64,000 bases of DNA from Malacoraja senta (taxonomy: Eukaryota): assembly GCA_038087875.1 (NCBI GenBank), contig CM075993.1:8992001-9056000 (forward strand), read 5' to 3'. Under the pieces are notes generated by a model that saw only the letters and a program-made list of their open reading frames with translations, was not told where the DNA came from and ran no database searches. Positions within the stretch are counted from its first letter, which is position 1, and every line of letters begins with the position of its first letter. The translations under genes were made by a program, and so were the position numbers. This document shows positions 1-12,904 of the stretch, piece by piece.

Positions 1-44
1 TGTTTCATTATCCAAAACATTTGTTCATTTGCTTTTTTTTTCAG

Positions 45-170
45 ACCTTAATGAATGCGTTAGTTCACCTGGTATTTGTGGCCCTGGTACTTGTTTTAAC
101 ACACTAGGAAACTATACCTGTATCTGCCCACCAGATTACATGCAGGTTAATGGTGGAAACAACTGCATGG
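45..170 (+). CDS. FBN1: Fibrillin exon, cbEGF24
   Basis: ttcag|...|gtaag, 126 bp; (D)[41 protein letters not shown]. Confidence 0.95.
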
Positions 171-304
171 GTAAGCATCTATCAAACTAGTAAGAATCTA
201 TCAACTAGTAAGACTTTAATCAGTTAAGATCAGTTTTCTTGAGTAATAATAATCTTTCTTATTTAGTAACAACAGGTAACAGATATTAACCTTTTAATTT
301 GCAG

Positions 305-463
305 ACATGAGAAAAAGCTTCTGCTTCAAAAATTTCTACGGTGAAAATGGCACATGTGATGGTGAACTGCCCTTCAATATGTCAAAAAAGCTGTGCTGCT
401 GTGCATACAACATCGGGAAAGCCTGGAATAGGCCTTGTGAACAGTGTCCCCTTCCGGTCACAA
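305..463 (+). CDS. FBN1: Fibrillin exon, TB5 (8-Cys) domain part 1
   Basis: gcag|...|gtaat, 159 bp; (D)[52 protein letters not shown]. Confidence 0.95.
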
Positions 464-551
464 GTAATTTGTTTTCTATCAAATTCAGAAATTTACAGTG
501 GGATTCATGCTGTGTATATTGCATTGACATTTATGCTGAATTATATTTCAG

Positions 552-623
552 ATGAATATGTTCTTCTTTGTGGGAGTCAGAGACCAGGCTACATTATTGA
601 CATTACAACAGGACTGCCAGTTG
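552..623 (+). CDS. FBN1: Fibrillin exon, TB5 part 2
   Basis: ttcag|...|gtaag, 72 bp; (N)[23 protein letters not shown]. Confidence 0.93.
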
Positions 624-794
624 GTAAGATGTCACTTTATGTTTTGCACAAAGTATTTAATTGATAAATATTCTTGAACAGTAAAATAGTTTGTAAAAAA
701 AAAATCATGTCTCCTCAAGGTTCAGGAATTGCATATAAAGAGAGCTTTACAAATGGAGGCCCTACATTATTATGGAATTAGATTTAATGATTTA

Positions 795-1340
795 ACAGAA
801 ACGAGTAACTGCAGATGCTGGTTTACAAATAGACACAAAGTGCTAGAAATCTCAGTGGGGCATGCTGCATCTCTAGAAAACATGGATAGATGATGTTTCG
901 GATCGTGACCCTTCTGAGACTGGTTGTATTGGGACAGTGGGTGGTGGGGAAGAAAACTGGAAGTGAGGGGCATGACAAAACCTGGCAAGTAGTGAGTGGA
1001 TACAGGTGAGGGGGGTTTTGATAGGCAGATGGTTAAACAAAGGCCAGAGATGAAAAGACAAAAAGATTGAAGAGAAGTGAATTAGTGAAGCGCTGTGAAG
1101 CTAAAGGAAGGAGTGGAGAGGGAGGGGAGAGATAGGTGTGAGTACAGGTGGGACATGCGAGAGCACGGGGGAACAGGAAGTGGGTGGGGAATGGGGGTTG
1201 GTTAGATACTTAACATTGGAGATTTCAAACTTCATACCATTGGGTTGTAAGCTACCCAAGCGGAATATGAGGTGCTATTCCTCCAGTTTGTGTGTGGCCT
1301 CACTCTGGCAGTGAAGGACCCAGGATAGAAATGTGAATGT
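795..1340 (-). mobile_element. Penelope-like element 3' fragment
   Basis: 1205-1330 resembles the end of the GIY-YIG region at 40770-40900; the tail carries the gtttcggatcgtgacccttc hairpin motif seen in other copies. Confidence 0.6.
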
Positions 1341-1786
1341 GTGTGTCCAGCACTTGCTGTTTTTGTTTTTTATTTTTAGCATTGTAATGGCCTTATTCAT
1401 AACTTGGATTAAAAGGTTTTCACTTGAAAACCAACATGACTTTCCAAATGTTGTCCAAAGAAATAAAGAAAGCAATAAGTATTGAGATTTTATTGTCATA
1501 TGTACAAGAATGGAACAATATCATTCTTACTTGCAGCAGCACAACAGGGTTGTAAACACAGTACAGTAAACACTCATTTTAAGTTCCTTTATAATGGATT
1601 TTGGGTATAGTGGTTGGACCTGCCCACACAACCCCCGATTTGCACACCTACCTGGCTGCTTACAGCCCGGCTTCCAATGCCACCCCTGGCTCGCAAGGTG
1701 CACCAGTGAGCTGTTCTACACCCACCACACGGCTTACATTGTAGCTCTTGGGAGCAGTGCTTTCTTCACGCCACCTCCACTGACAG

Positions 1787-1964
1787 CACTGTGGTGCTCC
1801 CTCCCCTCCCACCAGTTGCTGCTTCTTCCTGTCGGCCATCATTTTGTCCGCTCCACTATCGCTGCCTCCTCCTCCTCCTACCCTGGCGGTAGAGTGGGGA
1901 GTGGACAAAGCAAAGGCCAACAGGATAAGCGGCAACTGCTGAGAGGGGAGGGAGCACCACAGTG
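1787..1964. repeat. Foldback inverted repeat (~50-bp outer arms plus inner arms)
   Basis: cactgtggtgctccctcccctcccaccagttgctgctt is nearly the reverse complement of aagcggcaactgctgagaggggagggagcaccacagtg. Confidence 0.8.
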
Positions 1965-2289
1965 ACCAAGCGTTTCTTGTCATTGGCAGCAGCCTGAAGA
2001 AAGGGCTGACGGCTATGGGCTACACTGTGAATCGCAACGGCAGCCACGTCAACTGGACCATGCAGCAAGTGGTGAAAAAGGGCTTGCCGGTGCAGACCAG
2101 TGGCATTGGCGCCTAGTTATAAGGTGAAACAACATAAAGTGCTGGAGTAACTGAGCACCTTACTCAGTTGTAGCAGACATTCGTCAATAATGGACACCAT
2201 CCCCCCTCCATGGTCCGTTAAAACAAGGGTTTACTCTGCTCAATAGATAATATAATAAACACACAAAAAAAGAAAACAAAGCCCAAAGT

Positions 2290-2720
2290 CCTTAGTCCAA
2301 CCTAGGCAGGCCATAATTCAGAGTTTAGTTGGAATTTGTAGTTTTCAGTAGCCTGATGGTCGTTGGGAAGAAGCTGTTTACTGAACCCGAGCGTTACAGT
2401 TTTCAGACTCCTATAATTTCTTCCCTGAAATGAGAGGGTGGCCAGGGCCATGTGGGTTCTAGATGATGCTGGCTGCCCTAAGATCCATTTCATGGTGGGA
2501 GGTCAGTACCCGTGATGTACCACTTTTTGTAATCTCCATTGTTCCTGGGCGTTCGAGTTGCTGTACCAGGCCGTGATGCAACCAGTCAATATCATCTCAA
2601 CTGTACACCTATAGGGTTCAGTAAACCCTTGGCATAACGGACCATAGGTGGCCTTCAGAGATATGCAGGCCCAGGAACTTGAAGTTATTGACTCTCTCCA
2701 CCACTGTCCCGTTGATGTGA
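2290..2720 (-). mobile_element. Degraded LINE 3' fragment (Rex1/L2-like)
   Basis: ggaagaagctgtt..., gaacttgaagtt...actctctccaccac motifs like the degraded copies near 9900-10700 and 37670-38190. Confidence 0.45.
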
Positions 2721-2732
2721 TTTAAATCGTGA

Positions 2733-3988
2733 CTAGAGCAAGTGCAGACGTTGGGTCTGCTCCCCTAACGCAAGATTCCATCATTCACTCGTTCCCCCAA
2801 CACAAGCCGTTCTCCCAACGCAATATTGCACCATTCACGCATAGCCCCGAACTGCTCAGGCGCAGCTCATTTCTCTTCATCCCCCAGCACTCACTCCTCC
2901 TCCACTTCACCCTCCCTCTTCAATCCCTAGAGAGGGAGGGGGGGTAGAGAGGGAGGGGGGCCAAGAGGGAGGGGGGTAGAGAGGGAGGGAGGGAGAGGGA
3001 AGGGAGTAGAGAAGGAGGGTAGAGAGGGAGAGGGGCAGACAGGGAGGGGGTAGAGAGAGAGAGGGAGGGGAGTAGAGTGGGGGGAGGGAGGGTAGTGAGG
3101 GCGAGGGAGGGAGATGGAGGGGGTAGAGAGGGAGGGGGGTAGAGAGGGTGGGAGTGAGGGTAGATAGGGAAGGGGCATCTCCCTCCTCCACCCCTCCCCA
3201 TCTCCCTCCTCCACACACGCCCCCCCATCTCCCTCTACCACCCCACTTCCCACCCCATCTGCCTCCTCATTTCCCTCATCCTCCTCCCCTCACTCCCATT
3301 CCATGCCCCAAGACTTACCCAGGTCATAGAGCAGTGCCAGGGCATGGAACTCAGCCTGGTTCTCATACTCAGCCCGGCCCCGGCTGTGAACTCCAGCCGT
3401 CAGCTCGGCCGCTGCCTGGGCTCCAGTGCAGGCCCCGACTGCATCTCCAGGCTCGTCCCTGACCCAGGCTTGTCCTTGGTTCCAGCGGCGGCTTCTTGCT
3501 CGGCCCTGGTCACGACCCCATCCCAAGCCCCGGGCTCGGCCCTCACTCCAGCTCCAGCACCAGGCTCGGCTCCAGCCCGGGCTTGGCTCACGGCACCACC
3601 AGGTACCGGGTGGCCATCGGGCATCGGGCGCCGGCAGCCGCCGCCACTCCTCGTTCACCGTGAGCGCTGGAGTGCCCCTCCCTCCTGGAGTGTCCTGTCC
3701 TGCCTTGCGAGGGCAATGTGTCGTCACTTGAGGGTTTTTTCCGAAATCTGTGAGTTTTTGGGGCTGTTTTTAAAATTTAAAGGATTAATAACTTTGGAAA
3801 TATATGTGGGAATGCGATGGGAAGATTATTATCGCCATGGAGAGGGGAAATGTGAGTAGGATATGTGAAAATGGGAAGGCTGTGGCCTAGCATTTGGAAG
3901 AAGATAGGAAAAACAGATTGAAACATTGTGGGCACATCGGCGGCACAAGCAAGACAAAGACTTTCAGTTATATAGAGATTTAGGTCGA
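2733..3988 (-). mobile_element. Non-autonomous Helitron-like element
   Basis: Minus strand starts A|TCTCTATATAACTGAAAGTC and ends in hairpin gcagac-ccaac-gtctgc, 7 nt, CTAG|T; no TSD. Confidence 0.7.
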
Positions 3989-4446
3989 TTTTTGAATAAC
4001 ATAAATAAATTAAATTAATTTTAGAAACATGGATTTTATACACTTTTTACTCTGACAACATTATTAATAATTAAATTTAAAATTTCACTACTTTTAGTCA
4101 TTTAATTCATGGTGAGACCTCATCTTGTATCCTTAAGGAAACGCAAATGACTCCAATCAGAGTTGTTTTGGGATATGGGGAGAAAGCAGGAACGGGGTAC
4201 TGATTCTGGATGATCAGCCATGATCATATTGAATGGCGGTGCTGACTCGAAAGTCTAAATGGCCTATTCCTGCACCTATTTTCAATGTTTCTATGTTTGA
4301 CACTTATGAACAACATACATTAAAAAATAATTGAAACCTTGTCTACCTGCACTTTTAATGAAACTGGTTTCATCTTAATGAATGAAGAAAAATATGCTTG
4401 TGCATAGTTAGTCCACAAAGTTAACCTGCAATGTACTTTCATGCAG

Positions 4447-4572
4447 ACATTGATGAATGTCGAATGATTCCTGGTGTCTGTGCTAATGGTGTATGCATTA
4501 ACCAACTTGGAAGCTTCCGTTGCGAGTGTCCTATGGGGTTTCAATATAATGATCAACTGATTAGCTGTGAAG
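4447..4572 (+). CDS. FBN1: Fibrillin exon, cbEGF25
   Basis: tgcag|...|gtagg, 126 bp; [42 protein letters not shown]. Confidence 0.95.
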
Positions 4573-5883
4573 GTAGGAAATCAAATATTTTGATTTGTAA
4601 AATCATATGTTACAATAGCTTCCTATAGTTTAAAAGTATATACAAATAAAGTTTGTCAATCACTATTTTTTCATTGTAAGTTTATACTTCATGCCAGTAA
4701 AATTATAAAAAATTAGTACATTGTTAATCTGTGCATGGATCTCTCTCAAACTGACATTGAAACAAAAATAATTCTATAACATGCATGTATTGTGAGTTGT
4801 ACATTATATGTTATCTCTTGTTAAGAAGACAGCAACCAGACCAAAATAGAATAATTTGTTTTGTCACAGAGTAACTGAAGTCCAATGGTGCCATCTGCAT
4901 GCACCATGAGCTATAATAAAATATAAATAACTCTGATCAGCACCAGATAGTTTGAGATATGCTGGAAATATACTTGTGCAGACAGTCTTAATGATTTGTG
5001 GTTTTCCTCTCCGTTTGATTGCTCTCAAAGTAAAATGTTACTTCTCTTCACAGTAGTTCATAAAATCTGTCCCATTCGGTCCATACTGACTGTGTGTAAG
5101 ACCAATATTGCGAGCTTCACTTCTCTTTTCCAATAGCCCTACTATTTCTTTTCCTTTCCACTACCTTTCCAGTTCCATTTTGAGCACCAAAATTAAATTA
5201 TTATTCAATACATCTTCTGACAGTAACAAAGGTACAAGAGGGCACTGCATTCTTAGCCTAACAAGCTCTGGGACAAAAAAGGCCCAGCACAGACCCAAGT
5301 TTGTATTGATCAAATTTACTTCCAGCATCTATCTTAAAATATCTTGTACTGATCACAGAATTATTTAGATTGATTAGATGCCTCCGTCTTCCCCCAACCA
5401 CTGGTAACACAAAGAAGATTTCAATATGTCACTTTTGGTTCTTTTTGCAATTACATTCATTTAGTGCCATCTAAGTTTTTGACCCTTTCTCCAATGTGAC
5501 AATTTGTCTTTCTCTGCTCTTCATGATTTTAATTGTCATGATCGGATCCACTCACAACTATCTGTTCTAACCACCCAGCTTCTCCAATTTACCCACTTAA
5601 CTATGTTCCTTCATCCCTAAAATAAATCCTGTAACCCTCTGCAGTACCTTCTTTAAAGCATTTTTCTTTTAAAATGTGGTACCCAGGTTTGGGTACAATG
5701 CCCCAGATGTAGCCAAATCACATAAAACAAAAAATGGAATGAAAATCAAAATTCTTTGCGGCTGATTAATATTTTATAGAAGAGTTTTAATAATGATACT
5801 CCTCAAAAACAGATTTGAAAAACTTAATTTGTCCGCAATGCCAAAGTATAATTAATTTATTAACTGGTGTTTTGTTCAACCAG

Positions 5884-6006
5884 ATATGGATGAATGCCAG
5901 AATGGTCCATTGTGTCAACAGAATGCTGACTGCATTAACACACCAGGCAGCTATCGCTGTGAATGTTCACCAGGTTACCGGCTCACTCCAACAGGACATT
6001 GTCTAG
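5884..6006 (+). CDS. FBN1: Fibrillin exon, cbEGF26
   Basis: ccag|...|gtagg, 123 bp; [41 protein letters not shown]. Confidence 0.95.
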   Translation: MWMNARMVHCVNRMLTALTHQAAIAVNVHQVTGSLQQDIV

Positions 6007-7641
6007 GTAGGTAATCACTGTTAAAATCAGCTATATGTTTTCAACTAGGAAAGTACTTTTTCTGCATATTGGATTCTTGAATAAAAAGTCATAGTTTCAA
6101 ATATATACATTTTAAACCCTGGGACATGTAGATTAATTGTTACATTACCCTTATCGTTGAAAACCTGATGTATGGTTTCTGAGCAAAATAAACAAAAGCA
6201 CAAGATGTTTACACATGAATGGCAAAACACATTTTTAATTAAAAGGAAGTATGAATTTCCTACAATTATTTTCATTTTTGCAAGTTGCTGAGGGGAAATA
6301 ACTTAAAGATAATTAGAACATATCAATGGGGAGATCAGAATGATTAAAATGAGACCATTAAGGCATTCCAAGTAAATACCCAAGGGGAAACGATTAACAC
6401 ATTAAAAGCCTACTGAAGCAATAGTTGTGCCAAGTACACACAACAAAAATAATGCTTCTATAGAATGGTTCAGGACTTGTGGAATAGAATAACAAACATC
6501 TATTTAGTATTACATATACACCAAATTGATCTGGGGAAACAAAATAAACTCAGTGCCCCTTGTACTGATTTACAGGAGGAGTGTTCATAAGTAATTTGTT
6601 TTATCTCAGCCTACGATTTCCAACCATCTCAGTGTTGAAGAGAAACACTCTTGGTCCTGAATAGTGCTAGTTATTTATTAATTGTCTCATGTTAGGATTC
6701 ATTTCCCCATGGTCATAAGTGCTAAACCTCCATAACATTAACAATGAGAACATTGCTGTTGATATCTTCTTCTTTCGTATCCTTCTTCCATGTTTCAAAT
6801 GTTGACATCGCTGTCATCGTCCGTCCTGAAACGGACGCAAGCTTCCGGCGACAATCAGTGGGAGCCATCACGTGTTGCAATAGATGATGGTGGTAGCAGA
6901 ATTAGCTCAGGATACATTGATAACATTCAGTGGCTCACATTAAGCTAGCTAAAGGCCAATTCTGCACATTAATTAAATTCATTATTTATAGTAACATAGT
7001 TCAAATTTGTTTTAAGCCAGTAATACATCAGCTTTGAGCTGACTAAGCTTTGTTATTTTGAATAGTCATACTGTTTCAAATCCTGATTTTTTACAAAGTA
7101 TATAATTTTGGCTACATGACTTGAAAAGTCAACTTTCTTTCTCTCACCACAGATGCTGCTTGACCTGATGAGTATTTCCAGCATATTCTAAGGTAGACAA
7201 AAATGCTGGAGAAACTCAGCGGGTGAGGCAGCATCTATGGAGCGAAAGAATAGGTGACGTTTCGGGTCGAGACCCTTCTGAAACAGTGATCTAGTTTCTT
7301 TTGTGTACCATTATTGTACTATGTGCTGTAAAACAGATCATGCTGCAAATGCAAATCCATCAAAACCTGAATACAAATTATTGAATATTTGAAGCAGAAT
7401 TCTTGAACAGGTTTCCCTCTTAGGGCTGAAGGAATCAAGGGATATGTGGAAAAAGCAGGAACGGGGTACTGATTTTAGACGATCAGCTATGATCATATTG
7501 AATGGCGTTGCTGGCTTGTTGGGCCGAATGGCTTACTCCTGCATCTATTTTTCTATGTTTCTAATTGTTCTCTTGAAATATTACCCCCTTCTTTTCAGAT
7601 GTTGAGTGGTTAATAGCTCATTCTAGCATTTTTATTTCAGA

Positions 7642-8532
7642 CTAGACTAAGTGGGATCCATTGGGTCCCAGCTTCACACGGGAGGGCTGGTCCCCCAATG
7701 CAATATTACACCTCTCCACCAATTCCAATATTGCTGGCCTGTGTGTGTGTGGGGGGGGGGGGCTTTCTGGAGCACTAGCATGATGTTGTGGGCCGAAGGG
7801 ACAGGTTTCCAGAGGGCTAGTATGGACTGTGGGCCGAATGGATTCTTGTGCTGGCAGCTCAGTCACTGAGACCACTCACACACACTCTCACTCACACACA
7901 CTCACTGACACACAGACACACACACACACAGACACTCACACACACACAGACACTCACACACAGACAATCAGCGTGACCTCTGCACTTACCGGAAATCACG
8001 CAATCAGCGCGACCTCTGCACTCACCGGAAATTACGCAACCTGTCCACTAAGCGGAAGTCATGAAATGAACGGGACTTTTGAACCAAACACAGTCGGACC
8101 TAATAAAGCATTGCAGTTACAAGCACAGGCAGGGCAGCAGGCCAAATAACTCATGTCATTGTCATGGCTAACAAATCATTTATCGCAAGTACATTGCAGA
8201 CTCACAGTTCAGTTGATTCACAGCTTAGAATCGTGGCCTCTCCCTCGTGATCTTGGCATCCAGGTATCCCGGACGTTCAGGCATCCGGGTTTTATAGTCC
8301 TGCCCCGCCCCCCCGGAAGGGGTGGTGATTGACAGGCGAGAGGATCTCAAGGTTTTTTAAACACTCATAACGTTTTTATTTTTCATCGATGGGAAAAATC
8401 CTCGGGGCAGGCTCAGCGAAGGAGGACGGTGAGTAAGATGGCCAAAAATCATTGCGATATATGATAGTGTTTTTTCTAAATTCAATATACAGCGCAGACA
8501 GGTGGTCAAGATGAGACTTTTAATTATATAGA
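7642..8532 (-). mobile_element. Non-autonomous Helitron-like element containing a (CA)n-like tract
   Basis: Minus strand starts A|TCTATATAATTAAAAGTCTC and ends gggacccaatggatccc, acttagt, CTAG|T. Confidence 0.75.
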
Positions 8533-8657
8533 TGTTTGGCAATCACCATTTTTACTTATGTTGTTAAATCCTTGACCTAAGTTTTCTGAGTGTAGGTTTG
8601 TAAATATTGATGCTGTGTTTGGTGCCTTTATAGAAATGTACTTTCTTTTGCCCACAG

Positions 8658-8783
8658 ATCGTAATGAATGTCATGATATCCCTAATGTTTGTAGTCATGG
8701 TCAATGCATTGACACAGTAGGGAGTTACCACTGTATCTGCCGTAATGGATTCAAAGTAACTCCGGATAAGACAATGTGTATGG
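8658..8783 (+). CDS. FBN1: Fibrillin exon, cbEGF27
   Basis: cacag|...|gtaag, 126 bp; [42 protein letters not shown]. Confidence 0.95.
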
Positions 8784-9494
8784 GTAAGTAAACACTTGAA
8801 AGAATGGGAACACAGAGCAGGAAATTGGCAGCTGTATGTGCATAGTTTAACTTCCATTAAAACTAATCAGCCATATTTAATTCACAAGCAAATTCAATTC
8901 AGAAAACCTGTGTAAATGTGTCACACCTCAGTTTGTGTTCCATTAAGTTTTTTGATTGGTTTTTCCACTGTTAGTTTTCTCAGTTATCCAGTTGTTTATG
9001 GATTTCTTAGTATTTAAATACTTGGTCGAACCAACTGTCCATAATAAATGATGAAAGGTCCAATCGGTTTACTTTGGTTTTTTTTGTACATATACCGCCT
9101 GACATGTTTTTTTGTGTTTTTCCAAAATATTCTTTTATTTTATATGAAATGGGCACTGGGGGATTCCACCTTAGGGTTTCTCTCTGAAGCGCACTTCACA
9201 TATTTCCAGTTAATAAGTTTGTCCATGGAACTGATTGATGAGTTTTCCTTTTATTAGTTTTCCTTTTATTAGTTTTCCAGATGTGGAGAAATGGGGGTGA
9301 CAGGCAAACAAACATAGACTACATGTTAGTTCTCGTACTGATTTTTAATGTCAGAGGTTTGTTTATTTAGGCAATTAGTTTAGTTTAGTTTATTATTGGA
9401 ATGAGGTACAGTGAATAGTTTGTGTTGCATGCTATCCAGTCAGCTATTGCAATCAAACCATCACATTGGACAGATACAGGATAAGGAGAAGCTT

Positions 9495-9856
9495 GTGTCA
9501 TCCTGAGAGCGATGCCGTCTGGAGCTATGCACCTGGTAGGGCCACCCATGGCGGTAAGGTCGAGGGGGAGGTCCCTGACAAAGAGCAATCCAACCAAGTC
9601 CTCAACGGTGGAACAGGCGGAGGATGATGGCTGACTTTAGTGGAACGTCACAATGGCTGGGAAAGCGGATGAAGACTGCAGCAGAAAAGGGTCCCCGGTC
9701 GTCCTGGACTACATGCCACTGGATCCTGACCCAGATCTGTCAAGAACCGTGTGGTGGCTGTCTGTGCACCAGTCTCCCCTTGTTAAACAAAGTCACGCAC
9801 AGGCGTCCTCCCAAAAGAGGATAGTCATACTTGTTTCGATTGACCGCCGATGATGA
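9495..9856 (+). mobile_element. Short RTE-related non-autonomous element (tentative) inside a degraded LINE fragment
   Basis: 5' part resembles fish RTE/Expander 5'UTRs as recalled; catgccactggatcctgac resembles a motif in the RTE 5'UTR at ~57655-57672 (-); ends in (GAT)n. Confidence 0.4.
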
Positions 9857-9859
9857 AGG

Positions 9860-10760
9860 AGGATAACATTTAGTGCAAGGTAAACTCCGATTAAACATAG
9901 TTCAAAAGTCTCCAAAGAGGTAGATGGGAGGTCAGGACCACTCTCTAGCTGGTGAGAGGACCATCCAGTTGTCTGATAAAAGCTGGGAAGAAACTGTCCA
10001 TGAATCTGGAGGTATGCGTTTTCATACTTCTGTACCTCTTGCCTGATAGGAGAAGAGGGAGTGACGGGGGTGAGGCTGGTCCTTGATTATGCGGGTGGCC
10101 TTGCCGAGGCAACGTAAAGGGTAGATGGAGTCAACGGGAGAGAGGTTAATTTGCGTGATGATCTGAGCTAGGTCCACAGCTCTTCAATTTATTGCAGTTT
10201 TGAATGGAGCTGTTCCCAAACCATGCTGTGATCAATCCCAAAGAAGTGCTTTCTATGGCACATCCATGGGTGGGTCAGGACAAATTGCTGGTGATATTTA
10301 TTCCTAAGAATGCTTGCATCTTACCCAGGTGTTCCAGTGATTAGTGTAGGGTCAGGGAGATGGCATCAGCCATGGAACTGGTGTGGCAGTAAGCGAACTG
10401 CAGTGAGTAAAGGTTGCTTGGAAGGCTGGATTTAATGTGTTCCACAACCAGCTTCTCGAAATGCTGTGTGTGTGTTTGTGTGGCTACGTTTGTGAGAGAA
10501 GAAATGTGTCTGTGTCCATGGATGGTAGATGTCAAGACCACTGAATGGTACTCATTAAGACATGAGATCTTGCTTTTCTTAGTGGTCTTCTTGAAACAGG
10601 TGAGTACCTCAGAACGGACTAGGATGAGATCAAAGATGTCCGTGAATTCTCGCTCCTCAGGAAGGCCTATATCGACCCTGGGAAATGGCAACTTAAGTCT
10701 GATGGGACGGATGTCATCGTCCTGTTGGCCTCTGCTGTTCCTTTGCAAATTACAATGAGG
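9860..10760 (-). mobile_element. Degraded Rex1/L2-like LINE RT fragment
   Basis: ORF 10341-10748(-) has FTDIFDL...FKKT...CLNEYHSVVLTS...FEKLV...LQFAY...DAISLTLH, typical of a non-LTR RT N-terminal region. Confidence 0.65.
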
Positions 10761-11780
10761 TTGTAAGCAGAGGGGAACTTCTTCCCTATTAATTCATGAC
10801 TGCACATTTTCACTAATTAATGAACGGTTAGTTTAATCTGCCAGTTGATGCCAGTGTAATAGCATATGGGTTTAATACACATTCCTGAATTTTTGATTGT
10901 CACAGAAAAGGCTCCAGCAAAGAAGGGAAAGTCACTGGTTTTCATCACTGTCAATGAATAAAGTTTAGCATTTGTGAGAGCTATGTCATCTAAAAGTGGT
11001 ACTGCTCAAGAAAATATACCCTTTTACAGTGAAGATATTTTAAAACAATGACTAGCATTTATATAGAATCTTTCGCATATTCTTCTGTACATCACAACTT
11101 CTTTGCATTAAGTACGTTTTGATTTGTAGTCAACCATTGTAATGTAAGAAATATGACAACAAATTTGCAAGCAGTAAGCTTTCAGATAATAACCAGGTAA
11201 TTTTGTTTAAAGTTATTGAATGAGGCATAAATTTAGGCCAGAACATGCTTCTTTTCTTCAAAATCGAATGATTTTATTTTAGCATCTTCCTGAGGGCAGG
11301 CATAAATTTAATTTTATTGTTCAGTACACCTTCAGAACTACAGGTTTTTATGTTTGAGCTTCTGGAATGGAACATAAACACATAACTGCATGACCTTTGC
11401 ATGTGTGCTACAAATTATTTCTCGCCAACAAAATAGTTATAATGATAACTTTTCTTGAATCTGATGGTAGATGCTTTCAAAATTTCAAACGACTGGAGAG
11501 AGGAGAAGAGAGAATGACCGGTTTGTGAGTGGCCAGTCAGTATGTTTTCCTTTGGCAGCATGAAGTGTGGATGCAGTTGATGGGTGGGAGGCTGGTTTGA
11601 GTGATGGTCCGGGGTATGTCCACAACTCTGCAGTAGGAAAACTACATCAAATGAAAACTGTTACGCTGAATGGTTGCATGAATCCTCATTCTTGATATGG
11701 AGACCAAATACACTTCGTTAGATATAAGATACATTTATTCTGAAGTGAAAATACACTGATTTTCTTTTTCATTTGCCCAG

Positions 11781-11897
11781 ATATTGATGAATGTGAGCGA
11801 CAGCCATGCGGCAATGGAACCTGTAAGAACACAGTTGGCTCATATAGCTGTGTGTGTTTCACTGGATTCATGATTTCACATAATAATGACTGCATTG
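11781..11897 (+). CDS. FBN1: Fibrillin exon, cbEGF28
   Basis: cccag|...|gtaag, 117 bp; [39 protein letters not shown]. Confidence 0.95.
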
Positions 11898-12904
11898 GTA
11901 AGATAAACATAGTGTTTTTTTTAGCTTAAGAAATACAGAGGTGTACAAGAATAAAAGAAAATGCTTTATAAAAATATTTTGCTATTCTACAATGACATGA
12001 TTAAATTAATCACTTCCGGATATGAAAGGGAAAGCAAAGTTGCAAGGAAATCTTTACTGTTTAAATAATTAGCCTATTTTATATTGAAAAATATAAGCAA
12101 TTCCATGTACCGACACTTGCAAGAACATAGAACATTATGGCACAGGACCAACCCCGACGATGGACAATGTCTGTGCCAAACCTGATACCAAAACCTACCC
12201 TTATCTGCCTGCACATAACCCATACCCCTCCATTCCCTACATATCCATGTGTTTTTCTACAATCATACCTGCCTCACGTACCTATCACCCCTCCGCAATA
12301 CTTTCCAGGCACCCACCATCTGGATTAAAAAACTTGCACCACACATCTCCTCTAAACGTTGCCTCTCTCACCTTAAAGCTATGCCCTCTAGTATTTTATA
12401 TTTCCATTCTGACTGTCTACCCTATCTATGCCTCTCATATGTTATAGATACATCTATCAAATCTCCCCGTAGAGAATTTGACTTAAAAAATTTCTGAAGA
12501 GTTGACTAATTGAATTACGTTAGGAACATAATTGTAAACATGCATGGTGCTTCCTGACTAAGCTGGGAAACACAACTGCATGTTAAAGCCTTATTTTTAA
12601 CAGAACTACTGGTGAGAATTTCGTGAAAAGGGCTTGTATTGACCTTACCAACAAGGTCTAGTACTGATTATTAGATTTATTAATTTGATTTGCCAAGGTA
12701 AGCTTTGAATTCATAATCTTTGGTTGCTAAACCAGCACCATATAAAAAAACTAAAAATACAAATATTTTGTTGACAAATAATATAATCAGACTTTGGTTT
12801 CACATTGAACTATCTAAATTCTTGCAGAAAATCCAGATTAACTTTTAACATAAAGTACTAAATTTGTGAATGTGATTATAATTGTGTTCCTTATTAATAA
12901 ACAG

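Noticed and set aside
2907..3859. Cluster of 100-170 aa ORFs on both strands
   Set aside because: Low-complexity Pro/Leu/Ser/Gly translations of GA/CT tracts and GC-rich Helitron interior; no domain signature
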